Shown one piece after another: positions 12,360-21,752 of a DNA stretch of 64,000 nt. How positions within the stretch are numbered: the first letter of the stretch is position 1; each line of letters begins with the position of its first letter. Both the position numbers and the translations under genes were made by a program. The DNA comes from Gammaproteobacteria bacterium (lineage in GTDB: Bacteria; Pseudomonadota; Gammaproteobacteria; Burkholderiales; Rhodocyclaceae). Location of the stretch: contig JAHJPX010000003.1 of assembly GCA_018819515.1 (NCBI GenBank), positions 56,588 through 120,587 on the forward strand. Direction: 5' to 3'. Under the pieces are notes generated by a model. The model made no database searches and was not told where the DNA came from. It saw nothing but the letters and a program-made list of their open reading frames with translations.

Positions 12360-12998
12360 ATGTTTTCACGCCTGATGCCCCAGGAAGGGAAGTTTTTCGA
12401 TCTTTTCAACGCGCACGCGGAACTGATTGCCCAGGGCGGACGGGAACTGGGAACCCTGGTGGACGAGTTGGTCGACGGCAAGGGCGATATCGCCCAGCGC
12501 ACCAGGACAATCGACCAGATCGAGACCCGTGCCGACAAGATCACCCACGAAACCATCGCACTGCTGCACAAGACCTTCAACACGCCACTCGACCGCGACG
12601 AGATACACAAGCTGATCACGCGCATGGACGACATCCTGGACCTGACCCAGGACGTGGCGCAGTCGATGCACCTGTACGACGTGCGCAAGCTGACCCAGGA
12701 AGCCTGCCACCTCTCCGACATCTGCGTTTCCTGCTGCGAGCGGGTCAAGTCGGCGGTGTCGCTGCTCAGCAACATGGACAACGCGGCGGCGATCCTGAAG
12801 ACCTGCGACGAGATCGGACGCCTGGAGTCGGACGCGGACCGGGCCATGCGCACCGGCATGGCCAAGCTCTTCAGGGAGGAGCAGGACGTCCGGCAACTGA
12901 TCAAGCTGAAGGCGATGTACGAACTCATGGAGACGATCACGGACGCCTGCGAGGACGTGTCGAACATCATCGAAGGCATCGTCCTCGAGAACTCCTGA
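12360..12998 (+). CDS. DUF47 / PhoU-like phosphate-transport accessory protein
   Basis: 212-aa ORF starting MFSRLMPQEGKFFDLF. It lies immediately upstream of a PiT transporter, which is the classical pairing. Confidence 0.8.
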   Translation: MFSRLMPQEGKFFDLFNAHAELIAQGGRELGTLVDELVDGKGDIAQRTRTIDQIETRADKITHETIALLHKTFNTPLDRDEIHKLITRMDDILDLTQDVAQSMHLYDVRKLTQEACHLSDICVSCCERVKSAVSLLSNMDNAAAILKTCDEIGRLESDADRAMRTGMAKLFREEQDVRQLIKLKAMYELMETITDACEDVSNIIEGIVLENS

Positions 12999-13001
12999 CC
13001 C

Positions 13002-14009
13002 ATGTCGGGAACCGAAATCAGTTTCACCGCGGTTGTCGTGCTGGTCATGCTGGCGCTTGCCTTCGATTTCATGAACGGCTTCCACGATGCCGCCAACTCC
13101 ATCGCCACCGTCGTTTCCACAGGCGTCCTGAAGCCCCATCAGGCCGTCGCATGGGCGGCCTTTTTCAACGTGCTGGCCGTGGCCGTGTTTCAGTTGAAAG
13201 TGGCGACCACCATCGGCAAGGGCACCATCGATCCCTCCATCGTCGATCATTACGTCATTTTCGGCGCCCTGATCGGGGCCATCGTCTGGAACTTCATTAC
13301 CTGGTACTACGGCATCCCGTCGAGCTCGTCGCATGCGCTGGTCGGCGGCCTGGTCGGCGCCGCGCTGGCCAAGTCGGGCACCGGCGCCATGATCTGGGCC
13401 GGTATCGGCAAGACGGTTCTGTTCATCTTCGTCGCGCCGCTGCTTGGCTTCACGCTTGGCTCGCTGCTGATGGTGCTGGTGGCCTGGATCTGTAACCGGA
13501 CGACGCCGCGCAAGGTGGACAAGGTGTTCCGCCGCCTGCAACTGACCTCTGCCGCGCTGTACAGCCTCGGCCACGGCGGCAACGACGCGCAGAAGACCAT
13601 CGGCATCATCTGGATGCTGCTGATCGCCGCCGGCATTTCGCACTCGAACGAGAGCGTCCCGACCTGGGTGATCGCGTCCTGCTACATCGCCATGGGTCTC
13701 GGCACAATGTTCGGCGGCTGGCGCATCGTCAAGACGATGGGCCAGAAAATCACCAAGCTGAAGCCGGTCGGCGGTTTTGCCGCCGAGACGGGCGGCGCCA
13801 TCACGCTGTTCATGGCGACCGGCCTGGGCATTCCGGTTTCGACCACACACACGATCACCGGCTCGATCGTCGGCGTCGGCTCCACGCGCGGCGCGCGCAA
13901 CGTGCGCTGGGGCGTGGCGGGTGGTATCGTCTGGGCGTGGGTGCTGACCATTCCCGTGACCGCGCTGATATCCGCCATCGCCTGGTGGCTCGGGCAGACG
14001 CTTCTGTAA
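13002..14009 (+). CDS. pit: Inorganic phosphate transporter, PiT family
   Basis: 335-aa polytopic ORF with duplicated GxxDAxNxIAT / GHGGNDAQK signatures. Confidence 0.9.
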   Translation: MSGTEISFTAVVVLVMLALAFDFMNGFHDAANSIATVVSTGVLKPHQAVAWAAFFNVLAVAVFQLKVATTIGKGTIDPSIVDHYVIFGALIGAIVWNFITWYYGIPSSSSHALVGGLVGAALAKSGTGAMIWAGIGKTVLFIFVAPLLGFTLGSLLMVLVAWICNRTTPRKVDKVFRRLQLTSAALYSLGHGGNDAQKTIGIIWMLLIAAGISHSNESVPTWVIASCYIAMGLGTMFGGWRIVKTMGQKITKLKPVGGFAAETGGAITLFMATGLGIPVSTTHTITGSIVGVGSTRGARNVRWGVAGGIVWAWVLTIPVTALISAIAWWLGQTLL

Positions 14010-14025
14010 TCTCCTCCGCATCGGC

Positions 14026-14934
14026 ATGACCGACCGCGTTGCGCCCGGCCCGGCCGCCTTCGCCATCATGGTGCTGCTGTGCGCCATCTGGGGCATGCAG
14101 CAGGTGGCCATCAAGCTGGCGCTGGCCGGCATCTCCCCGCTGCTGCAAGTCGGATTGCGTTCCGTCGTCGCCGCCGTGCTGGTGTTCGGCTGGGCGCGGG
14201 CGCGCGACATCTCCCTGTTCCCGGCCGACGGAACGATGCGGCCCGGCCTGCTGGCGGGGCTGCTGTTCGCGCTGGAATTCATCTGCATCTACGCCGGGCT
14301 CGAATACACCAACGCCTCGCGCATGATCGTGTTCCTCTACACAGCGCCGTGCTTCACCGTGCTCGGGCTGCACTGGTTCGTGGCCGGCGAGCGCATCGGC
14401 GTGCGCCACGGCTTCGGCGTTGCGCTGGCCTTCGCCGGCATCGTGCTCGCCTTCGCCGAAGGCATGTGGCGTCCCGCCACGGCTGACTTTTCCGCGACGT
14501 GGATCGGCGATCTGCTCGGTGTGCTCGCCGCCATCCTCTGGGCCGCGACCACCGTGGTGATTCGCGCCACCGGCCTCGCCCGCATCAGCGCCACCCGGGT
14601 GCTGCTCTACCAGCTCGTCGTGTCGGCGGCGATCGTATTGCCGCTTTCCTTCCTGATGGGCGAGCCGGGCATCACCGCGCCGACGCCGACCGTGCTGCTG
14701 GCGATGGCGTACCAGGCCGTCATCGTCGCCTTCGCCAGCTACCTCGCCTGGTTCTGGCTGCTCACGAAATTCCTCGCCAGCCGGCTGATGGTGTTCTCCT
14801 TTCTTACGCCGCTGTTCGGCGTGCTGTTCGGCGTCGTCCTGCTCGGCGAACGCCTGAGCGCCCAGTTCGGACTCGCCGCGCTGCTCGTCGTCGCCGGCAT
14901 CGTGCTGGTGAACGCGCCGGGACGGCGGACATGA
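14026..14934 (+). CDS. DMT-superfamily (EamA) transporter
   Basis: 302-aa ORF with about ten hydrophobic helices in two EamA halves. A motif copy sits in the central loop (MWRPATADFSATW). Confidence 0.8.
   Translation: MTDRVAPGPAAFAIMVLLCAIWGMQQVAIKLALAGISPLLQVGLRSVVAAVLVFGWARARDISLFPADGTMRPGLLAGLLFALEFICIYAGLEYTNASRMIVFLYTAPCFTVLGLHWFVAGERIGVRHGFGVALAFAGIVLAFAEGMWRPATADFSATWIGDLLGVLAAILWAATTVVIRATGLARISATRVLLYQLVVSAAIVLPLSFLMGEPGITAPTPTVLLAMAYQAVIVAFASYLAWFWLLTKFLASRLMVFSFLTPLFGVLFGVVLLGERLSAQFGLAALLVVAGIVLVNAPGRRT
14468..14491 (+). repeat. 24-nt motif copy, 1 mismatch
   Basis: GGCGTCCCGCCACGGCTGACTTTT. Inside the EamA transporter, read as RPATADFS. Confidence 0.9.
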
Positions 14935-15632
14935 ACGACCATACGGGAGAACGTCGGGCCGCGTTCTGGCTGGGCGTGCGGGCGTTGCTGCCCATGCATC
15001 TGGGCGTCGTGCCGTTCGGCGTCATCTACGGCGTCGTCGCCCTGCAAAGCGGCATCCCGCCGCTGGCGGCCATACTGATGTCCTCCATCGTCTTCGCCGG
15101 CTCGGCGCAATTCCTGATCGCTCAGCTTGTCGGCGTCGGCGCGCCGGCATTGCTGATGGTCGGCGCGGCGGGCTTGGTGAACCTGCGCCACGCGCTCTAC
15201 AGCGCCTCCGTGGCGCCCGTGCTCGAACACCTGCCGATGCGCTGGAAGTTGGTGCTGAGCTACTTTCTGACCGACGAAGCCTACGCCGCCGCCATCCCGC
15301 ACCTGCTCGCCGAGCCGCGCAGCCCCTTCGCGCACTGGATACTGCTCGGAGCCGGCTTCGCCCTCTGGGCCGGCTGGCAGATCGCCACTATCGTCGGCGT
15401 CGTGCTCGGCGCGGAACTGCCCACCGACTGGTCGCTCGACTTCGCGCTGCCGCTCACCTTCATCGCCATCGTCGTGCCGCTGCTCACCGACCGGCGGCGC
15501 ATCGCCGTTGCGCTGGCAGCTGGCGCACTGGCCGTACTGCTCGCGGGGCTGCCCTACAAGCTCGGTCTGTTCTTCGCCGCGATCGGCGCGCTGGCCCTGG
15601 CGGCCATCCTGCCGAAGGGGAAGGCGCAATGA
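14931..15632 (+). CDS. azlC: AzlC-family branched-chain amino acid exporter subunit
   Basis: Internal Met (MNDHTGERRAAFWLG...) of track ORF 14499..15632. ATGA overlap with the EamA stop. Hydrophobic AzlC-like sequence followed by azlD. Confidence 0.75.
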   Translation: MNDHTGERRAAFWLGVRALLPMHLGVVPFGVIYGVVALQSGIPPLAAILMSSIVFAGSAQFLIAQLVGVGAPALLMVGAAGLVNLRHALYSASVAPVLEHLPMRWKLVLSYFLTDEAYAAAIPHLLAEPRSPFAHWILLGAGFALWAGWQIATIVGVVLGAELPTDWSLDFALPLTFIAIVVPLLTDRRRIAVALAAGALAVLLAGLPYKLGLFFAAIGALALAAILPKGKAQ

Positions 15633-15943
15633 ACCTCTGGTGGATATTCGTCGCCTCGGGGCTACTGACCTTCGCCATCCGGCTGTCTTTCATCGCCCTC
15701 TCGGGCCGCTACCGGCCGCCCTCGTGGTTCGTCGTCATGCTGCCCTTCGTGCCCATCACCGCGCTGACCGCGCTGATCGTGCCCGAACTGCTGCTCGTCG
15801 CCGGCCAGATCAGCATCGGTTTCGACAACCCGCGTTTCTGGGCCGGCCTCGTCGCCATCGGCGTCGCCGCGTGGAAGCGGAACGTCCTGCTCACCATCGG
15901 CTGCGGCTTCGCGGCGCTGTGGGTGATGCAAGTCCTGCGATAA
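15629..15943 (+). CDS. azlD: AzlD-family small membrane protein
   Basis: 104-aa hydrophobic ORF overlapping azlC by 4 nt. Confidence 0.7.
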   Translation: MNLWWIFVASGLLTFAIRLSFIALSGRYRPPSWFVVMLPFVPITALTALIVPELLLVAGQISIGFDNPRFWAGLVAIGVAAWKRNVLLTIGCGFAALWVMQVLR

Positions 15944-15992
15944 GAGTCAGCCCTGACGGTACGCCACCTGCCTCTTGCTTTTTGTCCGGTAG

Positions 15993-16008
15993 CTGTATAA
16001 GAATACAG
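15993..16008 (+). promoter_or_regulatory. LexA operator (SOS box) CTGTATAAGAATACAG
   Basis: Perfect CTGT-N8-ACAG palindrome 21 nt upstream of the lexA ATG. Confidence 0.85.
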
Positions 16009-16028
16009 GTATCGACAAGGAGACAGGC

Positions 16029-16628
16029 ATGGCCGACAACCTCACCCCCCGCCAGCAGGAAATTCTCGACTTCATCCGCAACTCGCTGGAAGTGCTGGGC
16101 GCGCCGCCGACGCGTACGGAGATTTGCAGCGCGTTCGGCTTCGCTTCGCCCAACGCGGCAGAGGACCACCTGCGGGCGCTGGCCAAGAAGGGCGTGATCG
16201 TTCTCGAGCCCGGCTCGGCGCGCGGCATCCGCCTGGTCGAACAGCTCGGCCTGCCGCTGATCGGCTCGGTGGCGGCGGGCAGCCCGCTGCTGGCGGTGGA
16301 GAACCAGCTCGGCAAGGTGCAGGTCAATCCCAACCTCTTTTCGCCGCGCGCCGACTACCTGCTCAGGGTGCGCGGCAACAGCATGGTCGATGCCGGCATC
16401 CTCGACGGCGATTTGCTGGCCGTGCACAAGACCGGCGAGGCGCGCTCCGGCCAGGTGGTGGTGGCGCGGCTGGACGACGAGGTGACGGTGAAGCGTTTGA
16501 AACGCACCGGCCGGCGCATCGAATTGCTGCCGGAAAATTCCGACTACGAACCGATCGCCGTCGAGGGCCACGAGTTCGCCATCGAGGGCCTCGCCGTCGG
16601 GCTGATCCGCGGCGGCAAGCCGCTATGA
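16029..16628 (+). CDS. lexA: LexA repressor
   Basis: 199-aa ORF. N-terminal [12 protein letters not shown] wHTH, AAG cleavage site, and S24 peptidase block ([21 protein letters not shown]). Confidence 0.95.
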   Translation: MADNLTPRQQEILDFIRNSLEVLGAPPTRTEICSAFGFASPNAAEDHLRALAKKGVIVLEPGSARGIRLVEQLGLPLIGSVAAGSPLLAVENQLGKVQVNPNLFSPRADYLLRVRGNSMVDAGILDGDLLAVHKTGEARSGQVVVARLDDEVTVKRLKRTGRRIELLPENSDYEPIAVEGHEFAIEGLAVGLIRGGKPL

Positions 16629-17323
16629 GCGCACTCGCGGAAATCCTCGTCCGCCCCGATGTCTGGCGCGGCGACCGGCTGGCGCAGGCGCCGCTGCCGA
16701 CGGTGGCGAGCGGCTTCGCGGCGCTCGACTCAGAGCTGCCCGGCGGCGGCTGGCCGCGTGGCGCGCTGACCGAATTGCTGGTCGACGGGGCCGGCATCGG
16801 CGAGTTGTCGCTGCTGACTTTTGCGCTGGCGAAGATCCGGGAAAACGGCGGCTGGTCGCTGCTGGTGGCGCCGCCGCATCCCCTGCATGCGCCGGCCTGG
16901 GCGGCGGCAGGGCTTGATCTGGCCCGCCTCGCCGTCGTCTCGCCGGCCTCGGGGCGCGATGCGCTGTGGGCCATGGAGCAGGCGCTGGTCAGTCGCGCGC
17001 CGCGCGCCGTGGTCGGCTGGCTGCCTTATGCCGATGCCCGTGCGCTGCGTCGCCTGCAGGTGGCGGCGGCCGGCAGCGATGCGCTGGCTTTCCTGTTCCG
17101 TTCGACGCGCCTGGCGGTCGATGCCTCCGCCGCGCCGTTGCGCCTGCAACTGGCAGGCGAGGAGGGGCAACTGACGGTGCGCATCATCAAGCGGCGCGGC
17201 CCGCCGCTGGCCGCGTCGATCCGGCTGGCGCTGCCGCGCCCGGCGCGCTTGCGCAGTCGTGACCATGCGCATGAATCCCCTCTGGCTGGCCGTCCGGCTG
17301 TCCGACAACCCGCCCACGCCTAG
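16625..17323 (+). CDS. imuA: ImuA (SulA/RecA-like) translesion-synthesis accessory protein
   Basis: Internal Met of track ORF 16124..17323 with ATGA overlap on the lexA stop. [29 protein letters not shown] is the ImuA signature. Confidence 0.8.
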   Translation: MSALAEILVRPDVWRGDRLAQAPLPTVASGFAALDSELPGGGWPRGALTELLVDGAGIGELSLLTFALAKIRENGGWSLLVAPPHPLHAPAWAAAGLDLARLAVVSPASGRDALWAMEQALVSRAPRAVVGWLPYADARALRRLQVAAAGSDALAFLFRSTRLAVDASAAPLRLQLAGEEGQLTVRIIKRRGPPLAASIRLALPRPARLRSRDHAHESPLAGRPAVRQPAHA

Positions 17324-18593
17324 CGGCCTCGCCGCCGGGCCGTCCCAAGGCGAGGCAGTCAAGCACGCGGAGCCGCGCAGCGGCGAACACCCGTCACCCC
17401 TGCCCTCAGGGCGGGGGGCGGGGGGTGGGAGTCAATTGGCCTGTTGGGCGGGAGCCTTCACGCCCCGGGTGAGCCTTGCGGAAAACGCGCTGCTGCTGGA
17501 GATCGGCGGCTGCCTGCGCCTGTTCGGCGGCCTCGATGTCTTGCGCACGCAAGTGGCGCAGGGGCTGGTGGAACAGGGCATCGCAGCGCGCATGGCCGTC
17601 GCGGCGACCCCGCAGGCGGCACTCTGGTTGGCCGAGGGCGGCGGCGATGTGCTCGATGCGCTGGCCATCACCGACCTGACCTGGCCGCCCGGCGTCGCGG
17701 AAAAGCTGACCCGCTTCGGCCTGCGCCGACTCGGCGAGTTGCGACGGCTGACTTTTGCTGCGCTGGCGCGGCGCATCGGCAAGCCGGCCGCGACCCTGCT
17801 CGCCCGCGCCTGGGGCGAAGCGCCCGACCCGCGCCTCGACTTCGTCTTCCCGTTGCGCTTCGACGAGGCCATCGAGCTGCCCGCCGCGGTGGAGAACGCG
17901 CCTGCACTCATGTTCGCGGCACGCCGCCTGACCGGCGCGCTGGCCGGCTGGCTCAACGTCCGCCAGGCGGGCCTGCGCGAATGCCGGCTCGACCTCGTGC
18001 ACCGGCAGGGCGCGACGCCGCTGCCGCTGCGCTTCGCCGAGCCGACCCGCGACGGCCAGCGCTTCGAGCGCGTGCTGCGCGAACGGCTGGAACGTTTGCA
18101 ACTCACGGCGCCCGTCGAACGCCTGCGCCTCATCGTCGATTCGGTCGAGGCCTTGCCGGGCAGCAGTGGCGGCCTGTTCGACGAAGGCGGCGCGAAGGAG
18201 GGCATGGCCGCATTGGTCGAACGCCTGCGCGCGCGGCTGGGCGAAGAGCGTGTGTTCGGCATCGCGCCGGTTGCGGAACATCGGCCCGAGTGTGCGACAC
18301 GACAGGCGACGGTAGGTGCATCCACTGCGAGCCCAACGCCTCCCCGACCATTCTGGCTGCTGGAAAAGCCCGAGTCGCTGGTCGAAATCGGCGGCCGGCC
18401 GCATCGGCGCGGCCCGCTGCGCCTGCTGGCCGGCCCGGAGCGCATCGAGTCCGGCTGGTGGGATCAACAAGAAGGCGTCGGCGACATCCGCCGCGACTAC
18501 TTCATCGCCCTGACGCAGGACCAGCGCTGGGCCTGGGTGTTCCGCGAGCTCAGGGCGCCGGGCGGCTGGTATCTCCATGGCTGGTTTGCCTGA
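17259..18593 (+). CDS. imuB: ImuB, Y-family-polymerase-like protein (atypical N-terminus)
   Basis: 444-aa ORF between imuA and dnaE2. It has LWLAVRL.., FTPRVSL, LLLEIGGCLRLFGG and C-terminal ERIESGWW blocks. The start could be the Met at 17271. Confidence 0.75.
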   Translation: MTMRMNPLWLAVRLSDNPPTPSGLAAGPSQGEAVKHAEPRSGEHPSPLPSGRGAGGGSQLACWAGAFTPRVSLAENALLLEIGGCLRLFGGLDVLRTQVAQGLVEQGIAARMAVAATPQAALWLAEGGGDVLDALAITDLTWPPGVAEKLTRFGLRRLGELRRLTFAALARRIGKPAATLLARAWGEAPDPRLDFVFPLRFDEAIELPAAVENAPALMFAARRLTGALAGWLNVRQAGLRECRLDLVHRQGATPLPLRFAEPTRDGQRFERVLRERLERLQLTAPVERLRLIVDSVEALPGSSGGLFDEGGAKEGMAALVERLRARLGEERVFGIAPVAEHRPECATRQATVGASTASPTPPRPFWLLEKPESLVEIGGRPHRRGPLRLLAGPERIESGWWDQQEGVGDIRRDYFIALTQDQRWAWVFRELRAPGGWYLHGWFA

Positions 18594-21500
18594 TTACGCC
18601 GAACTCCACTGCTGCACCAACTTCAGTTTCCTGCGCGGGGCTTCGCATGCCGAGGAACTGGTGGCGCGGGCGGCGGAGCTGGGCTATGCGGCGCTGACGA
18701 TCGCGGACGAGTGTTCGCTGGCGGGTGTGGTGCGCGCGCATGTGGCAGCGAAGGAGGCTGGACTCAAGCTGATCGTCGGCAGCGAGATCGCGCTGGCCGA
18801 TGGCATGCGGCTGGTGCTGCTGGCGCAGAACCGGGCCGGCTACGGCAACCTCTCCGCGCTGGTTACGCTGGGCAGGCGGCGTGCCGCCAAGGCTGACTTT
18901 TCATTGACGCGCAACGACCTCGACTGGGGCGTGCCGGATTGTCTGTGCCTTTGGCTGGCCACCAAGGATTCGACGCGCGCGGACGCCGACTGGCTGGCGG
19001 CGCGTTTTCCGGAGCGGTGCTGGATCGCCCACGAGCGCTTTTTGCAGCCTGACGATGCGGAGCGATTCGAACATTTGCGGACGCTGGGCCTGCCACTGGT
19101 GGCGGCGGGCGACGTGCACATGCATGTGCGGGCGCGCCGGCCCTTGCAGGATGCGCTGACGGCGCTGCGGTTGAAGACAACGGTCGACGCGGCCGGCCAT
19201 GCGCTGTTCCCGAACGGCGAGCGGCATTTGCGTTCGCGCCTCGCGTTGTCGCGCCTCTATCCGCCCGAGCTGTTGGCCGAGAGCGTGAGGATCGCCGCGC
19301 TGTGCGACTTTTCGCTCGACGAGCTGCGCTACGAGTACCCGGAGGAGATCGTGCCGCACGGCGAGACGCCGGCCTCCTTCCTGCGCGCCGAGGTGGAGAA
19401 GGGGCTGGTCGTGCGCTACCCGCAGGGCGTTTCGGACAAGGTGCGCGGTCAGGTCGAGCACGAACTGGCGCTGATCGCCGAGTTGCAGTACGAAGCCTAT
19501 TTCCTGACAGTGTACGACATCGTCGCCTTCGCGCGCCGCGAACACATCCTCTGCCAGGGGCGCGGTTCGGCGGCGAACTCGGCGGTGTGCTACGCGTTGG
19601 GCATCACCGAGGTCGACCCGGCGCGCTCGGCCATGCTGTTCGAGCGCTTCATGTCGAAGGAGCGCAACGAGCCGCCGGACATCGACGTCGACTTCGAGCA
19701 CCAGCGCCGCGAAGAGGTGATCCAGTACATCTACGGCAAATACGGCCGCGCCCGCGCCGCGCTGACGGCGACGGTGATTTCGTACCGCAGCCGCTCGGCG
19801 CTGCGCGATGCCGGGCGGGCGCTGGGTTTTTCGCTGGAGGCGATCGGCGCGTTGTCGGAGAACCTGGCCTGGTGGGACAAGCCGGACAGCTGGCCGGAGC
19901 GCATGGCCGAGGCGGGGCTGGACGCCCGCAACCCGCGCGTGAAGAAGTGGCTGTGGCTGGCGCAGCAGATGAAGGGCTTTCCGCGCCATCTGTCGCAGCA
20001 CGTCGGCGGCTTCGTCATCTCGCGCGGCCGGCTCGACCGGCTGGTGCCGATCGAGAACGCGCGCATGGCGGAGCGCAGCATCATCCAGTGGGACAAGGAC
20101 GACATCGACGCGCTGGGGCTGATGAAGGTGGACGTGCTGGCGCTGGGCATGCTCTCGGCGATCAGGCGGGCGCTCGACTGGGTGGCGAAGAAGCGCGGCG
20201 TGCCATTCCGCATGCAGGACATTCCGGCCGAAGATTCCGCGACCTACGACATGCTTTGCCACGGCGATTCGGTCGGCGTCTTCCAGGTCGAGTCGCGGGC
20301 GCAGACGGCCATGCTGCCGCGCCTGCGGCCACGCCGCTTCTACGACCTGGTGGTCGAGGTGGCTATCGTCCGGCCGGGGCCGATCCAGGGCAACATGGTG
20401 CATCCGTATTTGCGGCGCCGGCAGGGGCTGGAGCCGGTGAGCTACCCGTCGGAAGCGGTGCGCGACGTGCTCGATCGTACGCTGGGGGTGCCCATCTTCC
20501 AGGAGCAGGCGATGCAACTGGCCATCGTCGCCGCCGGCTTCACGCCCGGCGAGGCCGACCAGTTGCGCCGGGCGATGGCGGCGTGGAAGCGCAAGGGCGG
20601 CCTCGGGCCGTTCCGGGAGAAGCTGCTCGCCGGCATGGCGGCGCGCGGCTATCCGGCCGAGTTCGCGCAGAACCTGTACCAGCAGATCGAGGGCTTCGGC
20701 GAATATGGTTTTCCGGAATCGCATGCGGCCAGCTTCGCGCTGCTGGTCTATGTCTCGGCCTGGTTGAAATGCCACGAGCCGGCGGCGTTTCTGGTCGGCA
20801 TGCTGAACAGCCAGCCAATGGGCTTCTATTCGGCTTCGCAACTCGTGCAGGACGCACGCCGCCACGGTGTCGAGGTGCTGCCGCCGGATGTGACGGCGAG
20901 TGCGTGGGAGACGACGCTGGAGGAGGGCGCCGTTCGCCTCGGCCTGCACATGGTCAAGGGCCTGGGGCAGGCGGCGGGCGAGCGCATCACAAAAGTGTGG
21001 GGCGATGCCCCATCCCTCGCTTCGCTCGGGACCGCCACTTCGTGGCGTCCTGCGCCCTTCGGGCTGGTCAGCCGTGGCGGTACGCCACCTCCGCTTACGG
21101 TGGCCGATCTGGCCCGGCGGGCGGCGCTGGAACGCGGCGATCTGGAGGCGCTGGCGGCGGGTGGGGCGCTTCGGCAGCTTGCCGGCCATCGCTTCGGTGC
21201 GGCCTGGGAAGCGGCGGCGGTATCGGTGCGGCGCGACCTGCTCGATGCCGTGCCAGTCGCCGAAACGCAGCCGGCCTTGCCGGTGCCGAGCGAAGGCGCC
21301 GATCTGGTGGCCGATTACGCCAGCCTGGGCCTGACGCTCGGCCGCCACCCGATGGCGCTGCTGCGCGGCCATCTGGACAGGCGCTACGCCACGGCTGACT
21401 TTTTGCGGCAGATGGCCCACAACGCACCGGCGCGCTGCGTCGGACTCGTCACCTGCCGGCAGCGGCCCGGCACGGCCAGCGGGGTGATCTTCCTGACGCT

Positions 21501-21705
21501 GGAAGACGAAACCGGCCTCGCCAACATCATCATCCATCCGAAGCTGGTCGAGCGGCAGCGCCACGAGGTACTCAACGTCGGTCTGCTCGGCGTGCTCGGC
21601 GTGCTGCAACGGGAAGGGGAGGTCGTGCACCTGCTGGCGAAGCGACTGGTCGACCATGGCGCGCTGCTGGGTCGATTGACCGTCGCCAGTCGCGATTTCT
21701 GCTGA
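18577..21705 (+). CDS. dnaE2: Error-prone DNA polymerase DnaE2 (ImuC)
   Basis: 1042-aa ORF with a PHP N-terminus (YAELHCCTNFSFLRGAS) and a Pol III alpha core. It is the last gene of the lexA-imuA-imuB cassette. Confidence 0.95.
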   Translation: MAGLPDYAELHCCTNFSFLRGASHAEELVARAAELGYAALTIADECSLAGVVRAHVAAKEAGLKLIVGSEIALADGMRLVLLAQNRAGYGNLSALVTLGRRRAAKADFSLTRNDLDWGVPDCLCLWLATKDSTRADADWLAARFPERCWIAHERFLQPDDAERFEHLRTLGLPLVAAGDVHMHVRARRPLQDALTALRLKTTVDAAGHALFPNGERHLRSRLALSRLYPPELLAESVRIAALCDFSLDELRYEYPEEIVPHGETPASFLRAEVEKGLVVRYPQGVSDKVRGQVEHELALIAELQYEAYFLTVYDIVAFARREHILCQGRGSAANSAVCYALGITEVDPARSAMLFERFMSKERNEPPDIDVDFEHQRREEVIQYIYGKYGRARAALTATVISYRSRSALRDAGRALGFSLEAIGALSENLAWWDKPDSWPERMAEAGLDARNPRVKKWLWLAQQMKGFPRHLSQHVGGFVISRGRLDRLVPIENARMAERSIIQWDKDDIDALGLMKVDVLALGMLSAIRRALDWVAKKRGVPFRMQDIPAEDSATYDMLCHGDSVGVFQVESRAQTAMLPRLRPRRFYDLVVEVAIVRPGPIQGNMVHPYLRRRQGLEPVSYPSEAVRDVLDRTLGVPIFQEQAMQLAIVAAGFTPGEADQLRRAMAAWKRKGGLGPFREKLLAGMAARGYPAEFAQNLYQQIEGFGEYGFPESHAASFALLVYVSAWLKCHEPAAFLVGMLNSQPMGFYSASQLVQDARRHGVEVLPPDVTASAWETTLEEGAVRLGLHMVKGLGQAAGERITKVWGDAPSLASLGTATSWRPAPFGLVSRGGTPPPLTVADLARRAALERGDLEALAAGGALRQLAGHRFGAAWEAAAVSVRRDLLDAVPVAETQPALPVPSEGADLVADYASLGLTLGRHPMALLRGHLDRRYATADFLRQMAHNAPARCVGLVTCRQRPGTASGVIFLTLEDETGLANIIIHPKLVERQRHEVLNVGLLGVLGVLQREGEVVHLLAKRLVDHGALLGRLTVASRDFC
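18878..18901 (+). repeat. 24-nt motif copy, 2 mismatches
   Basis: GGCGTGCCGCCAAGGCTGACTTTT. Inside dnaE2, read as RRAAKADFS. Confidence 0.85.
21067..21086 (-). repeat. 24-nt motif copy, inverted, 20/20 core (T-tract lost)
   Basis: The plus strand reads GTCAGCCGTGGCGGTACGCC. Inside dnaE2, read as VSRGGTP. Confidence 0.85.
21380..21403 (+). repeat. 24-nt motif copy, 3 mismatches
   Basis: GGCGCTACGCCACGGCTGACTTTT. Inside dnaE2, read as RRYATADFL. Confidence 0.8.
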
Positions 21706-21752
21706 TGGCGCGACTATACTAAGCCATCGATATTCGAGTATTCCCCTCATCA

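Noticed and set aside
12366-14288. 640-aa minus-strand ORF
   Set aside because: It is antisense to the well-supported PhoU-like and PiT genes. No domain recognised.
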